DNA of 64,000 nt from Gnetum montanum (GCA_015680685.1 MNCI01001919.1:129437-193436); one strand, 5' to 3'. Shown: positions 1 through 14,160, numbered from the stretch's first letter. Notes: a model not told the origin generated them from the sequence alone. Numbers and translations are program-made.

Positions 1-2690
1 AGGAATTGCCTAACTTGGTTCATTGCACTAAGGAAGTTTTTATTATTGGCCACGGGCTTGTCACCTTGGTTGTGCTTTACTTACTCCATGCATTCCAAAA
101 TGTCAACTTCAGCTTCACATTGTGTTTATTGGATCTTTTCATCATTGTTCTAGTTATGGGCTTTGGTGTCATCCTGTGGCTTATTCGTTAGAGTGCATTG
201 AGTAGAGGAGGTCATGAGTATAATTGAAATGGAAGTGGACTTTAATGAATCCACTTCTTTTCCTACCTTCGTATGCTTGTCACACTTGTTGTCAAGATTT
301 TGCTTATACTTCTTTCTTTATTTAGCTAAATTTTATTTGGTTGTTAGCCATTAGTTATGAGGAAGAGGTAGTAGCATTAGCCATCACTAGTGGTCATTGC
401 ATAATTGTTTAGGCTACCACACCTTTAGTTATGTTGTGCTAGGAAATCTTGATAATAAAAGGTTTGCTTAGAGGAACTTGTGATGGTACTCTTATGAAAA
501 ATGGGGATCTTGATCTGTAGGAGGCTAAAGAAGCCCTTTCCTTGCATAGGGGTAAATGAATCATGAATGGTTATCTTATAGGTCTCCGAACATCATCAAT
601 GTTGAATGTTGAAATAACATATGGACTATCATTAGCATTCAATAGGATTTTGTAGACCTACATTGACTAGTTTTGTGGCTGAACTAGGTTCGAAGCATCT
701 AAGACTAGCTTCCCCTTTTCTATTGTTCTCTGCAAGTCATCATTTAGTGTGAGGTAGAAGTTTGTTTCATGACCTAGTAGTTGGTGATAATGGAAGAAAT
801 GGTCTAGTTTGAAATACTTAGTCAATTTAGGGTCATCTTTCATTGCTCGAGTAGGATCTTTGGGTATTTCATAGAGTCTAACATGCTTCTTTCAGGAAGC
901 TTTAGACATATGTTGGTATTGAATATGTCAAATTTTCAAAAGTTGGTCTAATAGCTTAGATGGATTTAAAGGCAAGGTAGTGTACTTAGACCTATCCTTG
1001 TTTTTAAATTTGGGTCCAATTATTGTTGATGTAGTGGCCCCAAAGATTTATGGTTGGTTATTGCAATCATTACTAGGGGCCTTCAGTGGATTCACCTTTG
1101 GCTACTAGGTTGTAGTCTTTATTTCTTTTGTCATTATTACTACGTATGTTTTGTTTTGTTTGCTCTTTTCTTTGTCTCTTCATGCATGTTAATTCCTATA
1201 TGTTACATAGGTTGAATCATGGATGGCCTCCACAACATCTTCTATGTTCTTGGTTTGGGAAAATGCCTTGTTGAGTGACCATGAATCAAGGTAGTAGAAT
1301 TTTAACTTAATAAAGTCATTCACTACTTTCTTAAATATGGCTAACAAGTGGGCTTCAGCTATAGGCTCTGGTAGTTTATTCAATAGTCTATTCCATGACT
1401 GAATGAATGTCTACATGGGTTCTAATGGTCACTGCTTGACATTCAAGAGTTGGTCAAGTGTTGTGTTAGGCTTCAAGTTATACTTGAAGTAATTAAAAAA
1501 TTAGGCAACCAAGTCCTCCAAAGAAGATATGGATCCCCTAGTTAATTCACAATACCAATCAAGTGCTTTCCTAGTCAAGGACATAGGGAAAAGCATCATG
1601 ATAGTATGAGGCCATGGCTTCAAAGTAAACATTTGGATCAAAGGATAATAAGGTGAGCATTAGGATTACTGTATCTATTATATTTGCTAAATTAGGGAAT
1701 AGGGATACTAGGAGGATGTGTCAAGGGTGGAACTACAAGACTTATGAAATCATCCTAGTAGAAATTCATAATTTTGATAGTCTATGAGGTAGAGGCTTTA
1801 ATCCTTTTCAACTTCTCCATTAGGCCTTGAATCATCTAGAAGGCTTTATCTAGACCCTTTGGTGACCCTATTGGTTGTGGGGTTTGTACATAAGGTTGTG
1901 GCATTTGTTGTATGGCTTGTAGCCTTACTATTGGTTATATGATAGCAGGAATAGGTTGCATTATGATTGTGACTTATGGATCAAATAATGAAAGGGATGT
2001 TTGTGTTGGTATTTAAGACATAAATGGAATGAAGGGGATGTGTGACCCCTAAGTTACTTAGGATCCCATGGTAGGTCCTGCATAAGTAGTTAATGGATTT
2101 GTGGTGGTAAAAACCATCATTTATGGTTGCACAAATTGAGGCCATGTGACAAATGACATGGATGGATTATGGAGCATAGTTTGTAGCATTGATTAATTTT
2201 GATGTGTAGCTATGATCAATGCAAGGTTAGATATGGTAGGGTAAGAGGGATTGGAAGATGGTGGCATCATAAATATGGAGAAAATAAAAGTATTAGAAGA
2301 AGGCATTATGACCTTTGGGAGTATTTGTTAAAATAATCCTCCCAAGATGTTTTCGGGCTTAGATTTTTCCCTAAATTCATCCTCCTCTTCCTATTGTTTG
2401 TTAGAGCCATGTTTTTCATCCTCTTCCTCCATGTCAATCAATTGGTAAAGTATAGTTGGATAGATATCAAATAGAGTTATCTAGTCATAGGGAAAAGGGA
2501 CGTACTCCTTATCATTATGGTGGATAAGTTTGAACTCCCTTTTGGCTTTTGCTCCCAAGTATGGAATCAGAATGCTAGCCTATATCTTGGCACAAATGAA
2601 GTTAGATTAGTCTTCATTTATGGTTGTAAAATTAGTAATTTTTCCTTTAATCCTTGAAGATTACCTACATTCAATGAAAGGAGGGTCTTT
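1..2690 (-). pseudogene. gag: Decayed gag of element D
   Basis: ORF 1189-1383 (EPIAEAHLLAIFKKVVNDFIKLK) matches B gag (EPIVEAHLLAIFKGVVNEFIKSK). The N-terminus near 2500-2680 (SSRIKGK...NFICAKI...KREFKLIH) matches B (SLRLQGK...NFICVKI...KRNFEMIH). Many TAG/TAA/TGA stops. Confidence 0.85.
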
Positions 2691-2837
2691 GGGATCATAA
2701 TTTAACCCCTTTACAAAAAATGAAAGTTGTAAATGTTGGTGTCAAGCCTTACCCAAGTTGGCCTAGGGGGAGAAGAAAGGGGGATGAGATAATGTAAATC
2801 TCACCACTTCTTTTCCAATGCTAATGAGAAGAAGACT

Positions 2838-3632
2838 AAAAATCAAAGTGGAAAGTTGGGTTTTTCTACTAAAACTCTGTTTTAGCAAGCTACCAATTTT
2901 CTTAGCTTGGAAAAATGGGGAGAAGCTAACTTCTAGAAGTTTGGCAGTTTTGTGAAGGGCTACACCACCAACTTTAGAAGATGAAAAATATTGATATTGA
3001 CAGCAGAAAGAAAAGGAAAAAGGATTTAATGTTGCTTTGGGGTTGAAAAATTCATAGCAACTATTTTGAAAAGCCACCACCTAGCTACCTACAACTTCCA
3101 TGCTGTAGTTTTGATCACAAGGGGGGAAAGGGAAGTATTGATCTTCTAAACGTTTTGGCTACAAAAATATGGAAAAATAATTTTAACTTGCAATGTTGGC
3201 TATGAAACAAAAGTAGATTTGATCATTAACTTGGTAACAAACATCATCCACGGTGGCCTTCCAACTACCTCCATGCTAAGTATGGCAATGGGGGAAATAA
3301 GGGAGGAGTGAGGTGATTGGAATCTCATGCATCCTACCCCAATGTTAATGAGGGGAAAGGCTAAAAACCAAAGTGAAAAGTTGGTATTTTTCCACTAAAA
3401 TTGGTTTTAGCCAATTGCTAGTTTTCTTAGCTTGAAAAAAATAGAGGGGAGAACTAAATTCTAGAAGTTTGATAATTTTTAGAAGTGTTGCACCACAAGC
3501 TTTGGAAAATAATAAAATATTGGCATCCCAAAGGAATTAAGAAAATGAATGAGAAAATCAATGCTTTGTTTGAAAATTCACAACAACTACTCTAAAAATT
3601 GCCAAGTTCAAAAACCTACCACTCCATGCTGG
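2838..3632. repeat. Two diverged direct copies of a ~270 bp unit in the 5' leader of element D
   Basis: 2838-3110 (aaaatcaaagtggaaagttggg...ttctagaagtttg...ccatgctg) aligns with 3362-3632 (aaaaccaaagtgaaaagttgg...ttctagaagtttg...ccatgctg). Confidence 0.75.
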
Positions 3633-3769
3633 CTCTTGGGAGTTGAGGTGGATGGGTGGCAATGTTGATTAAAATGCATATTCAAAGGTTTTGGTTATAA
3701 GACAAATTTCAATATGACGTGAAATTTTGGCAATAATGGTAATTAGCTCTACGCATAGAAATCAAGTGA

Positions 3770-3789
3770 AGGTCCTCCTTCTAGTGCCA
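3770..3789 (-). promoter_or_regulatory. Primer-binding site (tRNA-Asn type), element D
   Basis: The minus strand reads TGGCACTAGAAGGAGGACCT, close to TGGCGCTAGAAGGAGGG, the complement of the plant tRNA-Asn 3' end. Confidence 0.85.
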
Positions 3790-3797
3790 GGAAGAGC

Positions 3798-5331
3798 TAT
3801 TGTGACTTAAAACCTCAATCACTGGAAAATCAAAGATCCTAGGTGTAGTAGTTCCTCAACCCATTAAAACCCCAAGGCCTTTATGAGAAAATGGGATTCA
3901 AGGTACCTTGGCTAGTCTGATAGATCAACTAGGGACTTGGGGGGTTTGAAAAATAATGTAATGAAATGAAATGCAAAAAATGATGACAAATCTAAATAAT
4001 GCACAAAAAATAAACAAATATTTCTTACACACAAAAATAAAAAATAAAAAATTCATTGAGAAAAAATAAAGAACAAGTTAGAAAAATATGTACAAATGAT
4101 GCTTGGATGGGTAGAAGGGGGGTTCACTTGGATAGGGGTTTAGGGTCTATAGAAGTCGATGCAATCAACTCCATGATCTAGATGTCCTACCACTCCCAAT
4201 GCTATTGAACCTTCAATGCTCCAATCTTAGATCTACAATGTTGGCTATGGTGGGGGTTTGAAAGTGTAAAAAATCTAAGCTATCCAAATGTTGTATGCCA
4301 GGATTTTGAAATCCTAGGAGTGTAATGTGGGGCTAGAAAATTCATAAATCCCAAAGGTGATTACAAGGCCACAAAAGTCACAAGGTGTCTACACTAGATT
4401 CCAGAGAATACAACTATGGAAACTTGTAAAAACGTTTTGAGTGCTTGAGAATGCCCAAGTGTAGAATTGTAAATAATTTCATTTGCAAAATTGTATGTAT
4501 GCCAATAGTCTTAGATTGCAAAAAATTGTGTTACCTTGAGAGAATTGCTCAACTTGTAAATGGTGTTTAAGGTTGGCTTTTATAGGTTTTGGGCCATGAA
4601 TGGTGCTACAATATAGCTGTAAAATGGCTATAAATTGGCTGTAAATTGGCTCCCAAATTTAGGTGAGATGGATGCCAAAATTTTACGGGTTACTATACAT
4701 AGTAAGTTCTTCCCCCCATGGTCATTCCATTTACTATAAATAATAAAGAGGCACATATTCCATGGTGGAGATGAATCTTCCATGCTAAGCTCTCCACCAT
4801 GCTTATAGAGCTAGCTAGTCAATGTTGATGTGCATGAAGTGTTGAAATCTAGCTATTGTGGCTTTGACACTAAGGAATGAAATTTTCAACAATTTGGGTG
4901 AAGACTCCACACTAATGGGGGAAGGTTTTTAGGCTTTTCATGTAGTCTCCATGATGAAGGAAGAAAGTTTTCAAAACCCCCATCCTTCTATGATGGAGGT
5001 AGGTGAGATTTTCACCCTTGCATGTGTTTCCAACATATAAAAATGTATACTCCTCATAAAACCCATCAAATTTCTTTTTTTTTTTTGGCATTCTAAAAGG
5101 CATTTTTGACTTCCCACTCCAACATATAGACATTAGGTAACCTTTTTCACTTGGGGAATAAGGCTTTGACCACTTATGAGGCATTTTTATGTTCCAAAAC
5201 TATAAAGTATGTGAAATTGCCCACTGTGGATTACAATGTTCACATTTACTATAAAGTTTTACCTCAATTTTCATGGGGTGAAGATACATGATGAAAATTG
5301 ACTATAACATGCAAATTTTTGTGGTGTTTTA
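3798..5331 (-). repeat. 5' LTR of element D (~1.5 kb)
   Basis: Both ends align with the A and B LTR termini (terminal dinucleotides deaminated). Adjacent to the PBS. Minus-strand TATAAAA near 4577-4583. Confidence 0.7.
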
Positions 5332-5981
5332 GTGCTCTATTAGAACCCCATGCATGTACCTCAATGTATGAAATTCCAAATGCTATGGAAGGATTCTTAT
5401 ATTATACATGAAAATTTTTCATTTGGCATTATGATGATTTACCATCCTACTAGTCTAAACAAAGGTTATTAGTCAACATGAAATAAGTTAAGGATTTTCT
5501 AGAAATAAGAATAACCCTTGGCAACAATACCTTAACCAATGACCACGTATGCTTAATATTTTGGATGTCTCCCTTCCAACTTAGTCATGGAGAAGATGGT
5601 CATAAATGTTAACATTATGTAATGGCTCCTTGATATTTAAACTTTTTTCTTTACATTTTTCTTTATACATTTTCCATTTTCTTTAATATTGTGTAATTAC
5701 TTTATATTTTATCTTATTTGAATTTTCTTACATGTTTTTTTCTTCTTTATTACCATCAGGAATTTGATGTTTGATATAGTTTCTAATCATTGGATGTTCA
5801 TTAAACTATATTGATTAAATTGATTGCTTAATGACTAGATTTCATCTTTGAATTTTAACATCAATCAATGGCACATTTGTTTTTCTCATGATATCAAGTA
5901 GCAAGCTCACATCATCGATCCATTCCACTAAACTCCATTATGTTCTCTTAATTTGAAAGCATGAGATCCTTTACTAATAAG

Positions 5982-6026
5982 AACTTATAAAGAATATATG
6001 TCCATATTTTCCAAACTTGTAACAAA
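5982..6026 (-). pseudogene. Possible degenerate CCHC zinc-knuckle relic of an old gag
   Basis: The minus strand translates ICYKFGKYGHIFFIS. The F (TTT) and S (AGT) codons are each one substitution from Cys in CX2CX4HX4C. The match is short. Confidence 0.3.
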
Positions 6027-7519
6027 TCAAGTGGAATTAACAAGAATATGGTTCCAAGGGAACTTGTTACCTTTTGTAACAACCTACCTTTTAGATTTTT
6101 ATGGGTATTCTCATTAACTTCTCACCATTCCTAACATCTACAAATAACGAGAATCTTTAAATGGTGTGGTTCCCATGAAGTAAAAACAAAAATAAATAAA
6201 ATAAAACAAATTGGAATTCAAAGCACACTCCTTTGATGAAATAATGCACTACAAGCACTAGTTATGGGGTTTGAAAGATATGTTACTCATGCTTGAAGGT
6301 ACTCCACCAACTAAGGTTCTCTTAACTTCCCAATTCTCTTTTCTTCTTTACTTGGAATGATGGATGATCTTTGGTGATGTTCATAAACTTTGGAGATTGA
6401 ATGGTCTAAATGTGCCAATGCAAAGTCACTAGAAGTGAATGAACTTGATTCCAACTAAGGATGGAATAATATTAGGGAACATTAATTAGAAAATCCATAG
6501 AGGACTTTATATGACCAATATGTGAGAATCCATTATCACACACACTCTCTAATCATCCATTATTACCATCTACCACCTTTTTTCCTCTTATCATGTTTAA
6601 TCAATGTGTCTATTCTAGTATGTATTAATTATTTGGTGATTTCTTATGTGCATTTTATTTTTAACAATCCATGACCATTAGTCATCCTCGATGCCTACAT
6701 ACTCCTATGCATGAGGGCATGCAACAACATTAAGAGCATGAGCTTGCTATGAGAAGGATTGATTTGAATACTTCTTAGTATAGATGGTCAAAATTCCAAT
6801 CCCTTCATCATTTTTCCTTGAAATCCATTATTTTCAAGCTTGGGACATCTAGTTTTAATAGTCCTTGGCACTATAATTACATCCAAATCTCCTTTTGCAA
6901 ACCAATTTCAAGCCCTCTTTCATGATTTATCCTTATTCTAGGATTTTTTCACTTTCTTTGAACTCCATTTTTATTACCAAAATCTTCCCCACCATTTAGT
7001 TTTTCAATGTGAAAAATTATAATAGGCTACATCGATGCAACCCAATGTGTCAACGCATGATAAAAATTCTATATATATGCACCAATACTTAACCAATTTT
7101 TTTACATTTGCATCATAATGCTAGGGAAGTTTTTGCAATTTTTAAAGCCTAGAGAACCTTCCAAGTGCTATAACTTGTACACCAATTATCTGATTCAACT
7201 CATTCCTTAACCCTCTAGCTATTGAAGATGAGCTTTATGTTGTCAAGCCACAATTCTATGGTTTATGATGGATCATTTTATGAAACATTTTCTAACTCCC
7301 CAAGGTTTAACTAATAACATAATATTAAAATATCCATCTACATCAAGTTAAACATCATCAACAAACTTAGGTAGATAAAGAAATAAAATATTAATAAAAT
7401 TATCGATCTAGAAAAATATTAACTGACTTAAGTGTAACTTACCCAAAAGAAGAAAGATATTAAAGAGTATTAAAGGTTACACATTAATTATGAATCCTTG
7501 GTTATGTTTGTGATCACAA

Positions 7520-8373
7520 ATAACACCAAAAAGGAGATCACACAGTGAAGGACCATACCAACCAAGGAAGAAACATTTGAGAAGAGGAATGGACCAATCG
7601 CCATAATAGCCATGAGAACAAGAGGCTCAGACCTATGCAATAGGACCTCTTTTGGAGAAGCCCAAAGTGGAATCTATTCATCAAATTCTCATAGCTAAGA
7701 TTTGCTAGTAGTGATAAGATGAGCCACCAAGGATATGACCTAATCTTGATGTCACACTAATTGAGGGATTCTTAAATACAATTCATTCTAAGGAGGTCTA
7801 AAATTTAGTTATCCAAGAGCTTAACTTTGATTCCTTCTTGGACTTGGCACTAGAGTATGTCTAGACTCAATTACAAGGGTCTCCCATGCGGCCAATTCTT
7901 TGTTCTTGGAGAATGGTACATGAAAGAAACATACCTCTTTTGGAACAATTGGTAGGGAGATGTCACTATCAAAATCAAGGACATAACTATCTCTTATTTG
8001 GTTAAGGCCATCGTGGAGTCCCTCAACTTGCCCAACATAGGGAAAACTCTTATAGAGATCTCCATTCAAGCATATCTAGAGGCAAAGAAAGAATGGATCT
8101 AACAATGCTATGGGATGGATCATAGGGAGTACACTACACTCACTAAGATGGAGGAAGCCTATTTCAAGATAGTGGATTATCATCTAAATCCTACAGTGAG
8201 GCCTAGTAAGATGATTATCTTCTCTACCTATGTGTGCAATGTTTTAAGTAGTAAGTTCCCTATTAATCTTTCTCATGTCATGTTTCTTGAAATCAGGAAA
8301 CACTTCAAAGAAAATGGGCAAAAGAGGAAGACACTTCCCTTTCCATGTCTAATCTAAAAACTCTATTGAAAAG
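7520..8373 (+). pseudogene. Host accessory (env-like / plant transposon protein) ORF, part 1, interrupted by element A
   Basis: ...EWI*QCYGMDHREYTTLTKMEEAYFKIVDYHLNPTVRPSK...FPINL...FLEI...LPFPCLI*KL is colinear with the minus-strand copy at 63530-64000. The LPFPxLIxxL motif is typical of Athila/SIRE env-like ORFs. Confidence 0.7.
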
Positions 8374-10443
8374 TGAAACACCACTAATTTTGGGCTCTTG
8401 TGACTCAACAGCAAATTTTTATAAGTGTTAAAACTTGGACAAAATTTTTTCTAAGTCTAATGTTACGTTTTGTAGTGTAGATAGTGTAGCATCTTGGAAG
8501 TCCTAACATTTGCAAAATTTTTCCTAACTTTGCCTACTATGCTCCATAGCACAGTCTATGTAGCACCCATTCCCAAGGATATTCTACAAAAATCTCAAGC
8601 TAGAAGTGGTTAAAAGGGCATTGAGGATGGACTCAATAGTTTGGCAAATTTTCTATATTTTGGGCCATCAAGCTTGCTATGCTCTTTAGCTTGCCCAGCC
8701 TAACACATGTCCTAGTTGCCAGTCCACCTAGGTGTTAAGCTAGGAGTTGTCAAAGATGCTTAGGATGGATGAAACAATTTGGTAAATTTTCTATCTCTTG
8801 AGCTTGTTACACTATGCTATGTTGCATAGTGTAGTAGAGCATAGCATAGGTTTTGAGACTCAAATTTTCCTAGGTGTTGAACCAAACATGGAAGGTGTGT
8901 TTGCCATTTTTTTGACTTTTGAGGTTGCTTGTCCTACTTCATCCTCAGAGTGTGATCAGCTTCCCATGAAAAAAATTTGTAATTTTTGTCAAAATTTATC
9001 TAGAATTAGTGCTATGGTCTACTACACTACATATTGTAGATAGTGTAGCAGAGGTTCCAGAATCAAAAATTATCTATGTATAGAATGAGAAGGTATCAGG
9101 TCATTCTTACATGGAAGATGCACTTTCTAGTTGCTGGAGTTGCCTATCTTCCCACATCCTAGAGTGGCATTTTCAATTTAAAAAATATTTATTGGAAAAT
9201 AGGTGCTACGCCTTACTACACTATGTAGTGTAGGTAGAATAGTGGGCCAAAACTCCAAAATTTTTCTAAGTGTTTACACTACGCTTCATCACGCTAGGTA
9301 GTGTAGATAGTGTAACACTTAGAAAACACCTCCAAATGCCTCCAAAAGCTCCTAGAACTCATCATCAACCTTCATTTTAGCTATGGCATCTCTCTGAAGG
9401 CCAAGATCAATAATTTTTTTTATTTTTTGCACCTCCTGCTAATCCCTAAAGTTGTCACTACACTTGATCCTACTCGGAAGAGGAGGGAAGACGAAGTCCT
9501 AGAGTGTAGGCTCCAAGTTGGATGTGTTTTGGGAATTTTTGTAGGTACATGGTAATTCTTTAGATTTGGGAAAATGCAGTTTGGGCAATATGGTCATAAT
9601 TTGGTAGATTTCTAGTCCCTTTCCCTGTCCCTATCCTATAGAGCGTAGCCGCATTGAGCTTAATACTTTGAGCATAGCATATCAGCATGATACATTCACA
9701 TTCGTGATAGGTAGGACCTAGGATAGGTGGCATCCAATCCACATCTCTCCTCAACCTTGGCTCTATAAATACCCTAGTAATTGGCTCTTTAAGGATTGGC
9801 TTTGGCAGAAGATTAGTGAACAAAATGTTGATGAGTGGTAAATCTTAGCGTTAGAGCATTCCCTTGCATCTAATTCACTTCCACACTTGAGTGTGACGCC
9901 TGCATCCTGCACCCACACAGCGTAACAACTGTCAGTCCAATAAACTTTGGCTCCTTTGCATCTGTTAGCACCGTGTCCTCAACATCCCAAGGAATATGAC
10001 CATACTTCCTTACTACCTTGTTGTGCCTATCTAATACTACGTATCAGTTGTACACATCATTTAATCAACAGTCACATTCCCCCAATCTTGGGGTGGTTTA
10101 TTTTCTCACCTAAACTCATTCCATTTTTTTGCAACATATATTTGAAATTGTTAACATATTTATTTATTTCTATTGTCAATATGCATTAATATACTCAAGT
10201 CGATGCACTCTCGTTATTATACATGTTACGCTCTTTGCTTGTTTCAACTCCCGTGCATGATGCTCTAAAAACACCATTCACAAATCATTATTAGACACCA
10301 CATAAGTCCTTGTCTAATTGACCATACCATTCAGGGTGCCCCATTTCTATTTTCACTAGCATGGCCCTCCCATGTACTCGGGGTTAAGTTGTACGTCTAA
10401 TGACCTCTCAATGTTCTAGCCACTGATGTTTTCAGATTCTATA
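8374..10443 (+). repeat. 5' LTR of element A
   Basis: Colinear with 23927-26002. CTATAAATA TATA box near 9762. Confidence 0.93.
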
Positions 10444-10449
10444 GTTTTT

Positions 10450-10469
10450 TGATGCTATAAGGTGGGCTT
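10450..10469 (+). promoter_or_regulatory. Degenerate PBS (tRNA-Asn type), element A
   Basis: TGATGCTATAAGGTGGGCTT lies 6 nt after the LTR. It has the same spacing as the B PBS TGGCGTTAGAAGGAGGGCTT. Confidence 0.75.
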
Positions 10470-10857
10470 GAACCTTTGTGTTCCTTCCATGTGCCATGGG
10501 TAGTCCCGCGTGCTTTTTGTACCTCCATCACTAGCAACAGGCTAGCATCGATGTGACACCCCTATGGACCTACTAAGGTAGTAGCTAGATCATAGGCTAG
10601 CATAGGAGTTTTCTGCATTTCAGTTGGTATAGATTGGTCCCAGTTGATGGTTCCCCTAGAGCCCTATAGGATAGAAAGCCCAAAACTATGTACCACATCA
10701 AGCTCTATGTTTTATATAGTGTGATGACCTTGTCAACATGATAGTCCCACTCAATGGTGTAGCTTACCTATTTAATTTTTTGTAGCTCAAAATTTACTAT
10801 ATTCCACCATTTCTTACAAGTTTCTTTGCTTCTTACATCCTTTTTGACACAGTAAAA

Positions 10858-13571
10858 ATGAACCCACCTAGCACCTCAGCTACCACTAGCTTCTAGAACA
10901 ATTAGCTTAAAGCCACTGGCTCAAAAATAGTCCATGTAATGGACTTTTATCAGGATGATCCTATTAGCCCCTTCATGCCTCCCCTCACATTGCCTCCTAG
11001 AATTCAAATTTCTTAATTCAAAAAATACAATGGAGAAGGTGATCCAAATGCCCACCTAGTTACTTTTTGGTCTGAGTCCTTATTACTACAACTGTGGCCA
11101 CATGTAATTATTCATGTCTTCACCATGTCCTTGACTAGCAAAGCTTTAGACTGGTATCGCATGCTTCCTCACACTTCTATTTCAAATTTGGAAGAGTTCC
11201 TAAGTTAGTTTGTAACTCCCTTCAAGTACAACTTGAAGCTAGCCACCTTAGACCAACTCATGAATGTTAATCAAGAAGTGTTAGAACCGGTCCAGAAATT
11301 CATACAACATTGGAGTCCTACCTTAAATGAGATTTGGGAGTCAATTGCTAAAGCACATCTACTAGCCATTTTTAAGGGTTCTATAAATGACTTCATCAAA
11401 TCCAAGCTACACGATTTAGCGTCATGCTCCCTTAGCTAGGCCTTTTCTTAAACAAAAAGCATACAAGATGTGGCTAAGGCTTGCAGAGACCTTGCTTACA
11501 TAACTTACAAGAATGCACATGCAAATAAAGATAAAGAAAAGGGGAAGGCCACTACAACCACTATGGCTACTATGGCAAGTGAAGCTAAAAACAATAACAA
11601 CAAAAAAGTTGCTAAGGCACCTAGGACCTTGGCTACCACTAGCAAAATGTCAAGCTTCAGTAATGTGGGGACCAACCAACCTACGACGTCAATATCCATA
11701 ATGTAGAATTCATTGAAGCTGAACTTTGAGCATAAGGATTGCTCCAAATACACCCCTCTATAGATTAAGTTGTTGGACCTTCTAGACCAATTACTTAGTG
11801 CTAGGTGCATTCAATATAAGCAAATGTCTGAAGATGCCCATAGGTAGCATGAGAGGTACTGTGAGATCCTTTAGGACCCCTTTATAGCTATGCCTAATGA
11901 TCCTTAAGTACCTAAGAATTTTAGGCTAGATTGATTTTGCAACTACCAAGAATTGTATGCCCACAACACAGATTTTTTCTTAGCATTAAAAGATGACATT
12001 CAACATATGATTGATCAAGGTAAGTTGGTCCTTGATGAAAATAGTTCTATTTTGCCATATAACCAATCTATGAATGTCTATAAGGATCTGCTAAACACTA
12101 CCAATGCAATATATACCATTAACGCTATTAGCATTGATGACAACATAGAGTCAACACATGAATCATTTGTTGTTCATGTACCTTCATGAGGTGCCAAAGC
12201 TTTAGTCTTACCTAGGCCATAGGCCCCTTTTGTCATTAAGGTATCACCACAGAGACCCATCACACCCATTATAGTTAGGGCCCCCCAACATGCTACTGCA
12301 ACAACTCAGACACCCTTTGTTATCAGGGTGCCAAAACATATAGACTTCCCATCTATCTAGAGTTTAGTGGTGGGAACTGCATCACAACCTTCTTGCTCAA
12401 GGAGGCATGATGAATGTCTAGCAAATAATATGACTAGGGAATACACTACACTAGGCCCCCCCTAAGCCCACCCCTTTGTTGGTAATTCCTATGGCCTTAT
12501 TGCCAAAAGCCACCTACATGCACATGTGCACACAACAATCTACCCCTGAGGCTCAAAAGCCCATAGTTTAGCCAAAATCCTTACCTCCTCCCCTTTAGGA
12601 AATCTATCTTTTAAGACATATAGAGGAAACAAAAACCACCAAACACCTAGATGGTGGAAAAGATTTCTTAAACATACTCACACAACTTAGACAGGCTTTA
12701 AAATAGAAAAATACAACTTTAAGTTTGTACAATTTAATAATGACTTCTGTGGCACATCATGAGGCTTTAACTTTCATGTTGGAATTTGTTCCTATTAAGG
12801 AAGATATGCTAGAAAAGGAAGAGCCATCCATGTTGTCATGATGCCACCTATGGCTAAAGAGCCATGATCAACCCCTTTAACTTTTCATGATGAAGCCATT
12901 AAAGCTGATCTTGAAAGAGGTAAAGTAACCACTGCCCCTATGTTTTTAACAATTTAGGTAGGTCAATACAAGATTTGTAGGGTGCATGTTGATGATGGGG
13001 CTGCAACCAACATAATTCCATTCTCTGTTGTTGACAAGCTAAGTGGATCAAATCAGGCCCACAACAACTTCTTGTTTGAAGTCATTCAATGAGGCATGCA
13101 TTGTGGTCAAAGGAACCATCACTATCAATTTCATGGTAGGGGATCAATTTTCCACTAATGCAGAATTCCTTGTGATAGAAGAGATGCCTAGGTTCAATTT
13201 AATTTTAGAACAATCTTGGTTAGCCTAATTAATGGTTCTCTTTACCAATACACCAAGAGATCCACTTACCCTATGAAGGTAGAGAAGTGGTGATCTTTGG
13301 TGATGATGGAGCCCCTCGGGCCATCAACAATATAGATATAGAGAAATGGTGGGAGATAGAAGTCTTCGAAGATGCATCACTTATTTTCAATACGACCCAA
13401 CATTGTTTAGCAAGAAAACCAAACAAAACTAATGATTTGCGCAAGGAAACTACATGGGCAGAGTTGCCTTTTTTAGTGGTAGATGACAACTTAGAAGAGT
13501 ATTTCCTCAAGTCTTCCAAGTCCTATGCCTTGCCTAACCCACATCATGTTAGGAAACATTTACATGATTAG
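10858..13571 (+). pseudogene. gag: gag-protease ORF of element A (N-terminally shortened, decayed)
   Basis: KYNGEGDPNAHL gag motif, FCNYQELYAHNTDF (degenerate Tat knuckle), protease HVDDGAATNI...FNLILEQSWLA. Ends RKHLHD*. Confidence 0.88.
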
Positions 13572-13664
13572 GGCATGTCCCTACTTTACTCCTTTACTTA
13601 TCCTTAATGCTTTTGTTTGTACAGTTTCAATTTTTCCTTATGTTTACATTTTGAGTTAGTTAAA

Positions 13665-14160
13665 TAGCTTGAAATGACCTTAAACTATCGCATGGCCCAA
13701 AATGACCTTAAACTATCACATGCTCCACCAAGGTCCAAAATTGGCAATTCACTTTCTATTACAACTACAACTATAGCCTGAAATGGCCTTAAACTAGCTA
13801 TGGCCTGAAACCGCCTTAAACTATCACATGGCTTGGGACAACCTTAAACTATCACAAGGCCTAGAATGGCCTTAAACTATCACATGGCCTGGAACAACCT
13901 TAAACTATCGCATGGCCCACCAAGGCCCAAAACTGGCAACCCACTTTCTATTGCAGCTATAGCTATGGCCTGAAATAGGCTTAAACTAGCTATAGTCCAA
14001 AATGGCCTTGAACTAGCTATGACCCGAAACGGCCTTAAACTATCGCACGACTTAGAATGACCTTAAACTATTGCATGGCCTAGAATGGCCTCAAACTATT
14101 GCATAGCTTGGAACAACCTTAAACTATCCCATGGTCCAAAATGGCCTTAAACTAGAGCAT
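13665..14160 (+). repeat. Tandem array of ~14 units of 27-28 bp (core GGCCTTAAACTA)
   Basis: Repeated atggcc..aatggccttaaactatcRc units, with two ~50 bp interruptions that are copies of each other. Confidence 0.9.

Larger units (their letters stand above)
1..5331 (-). mobile_element. Ty3/Gypsy Tat-clade LTR retrotransposon, 5' portion (element D; continues past the left edge)
   Basis: The minus strand shows an LTR starting TAAAACACCAC (cf. TGAAACACCAC of A), a tRNA-Asn-type PBS at 3770-3789 and a decayed gag homologous to those of A and B. Confidence 0.85.

Noticed and set aside
8798-9043. Duplicated ORFs (8798-9043 / 24300-24587; 9560-9823 / 25254-25454) as a gene pair
   Set aside because: They lie inside the two LTRs of A, and their stops and frames are not conserved.
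11505-11810. Hydrophobic minus-strand ORF
   Set aside because: It is the antisense shadow of the K/T/A-rich gag linker.
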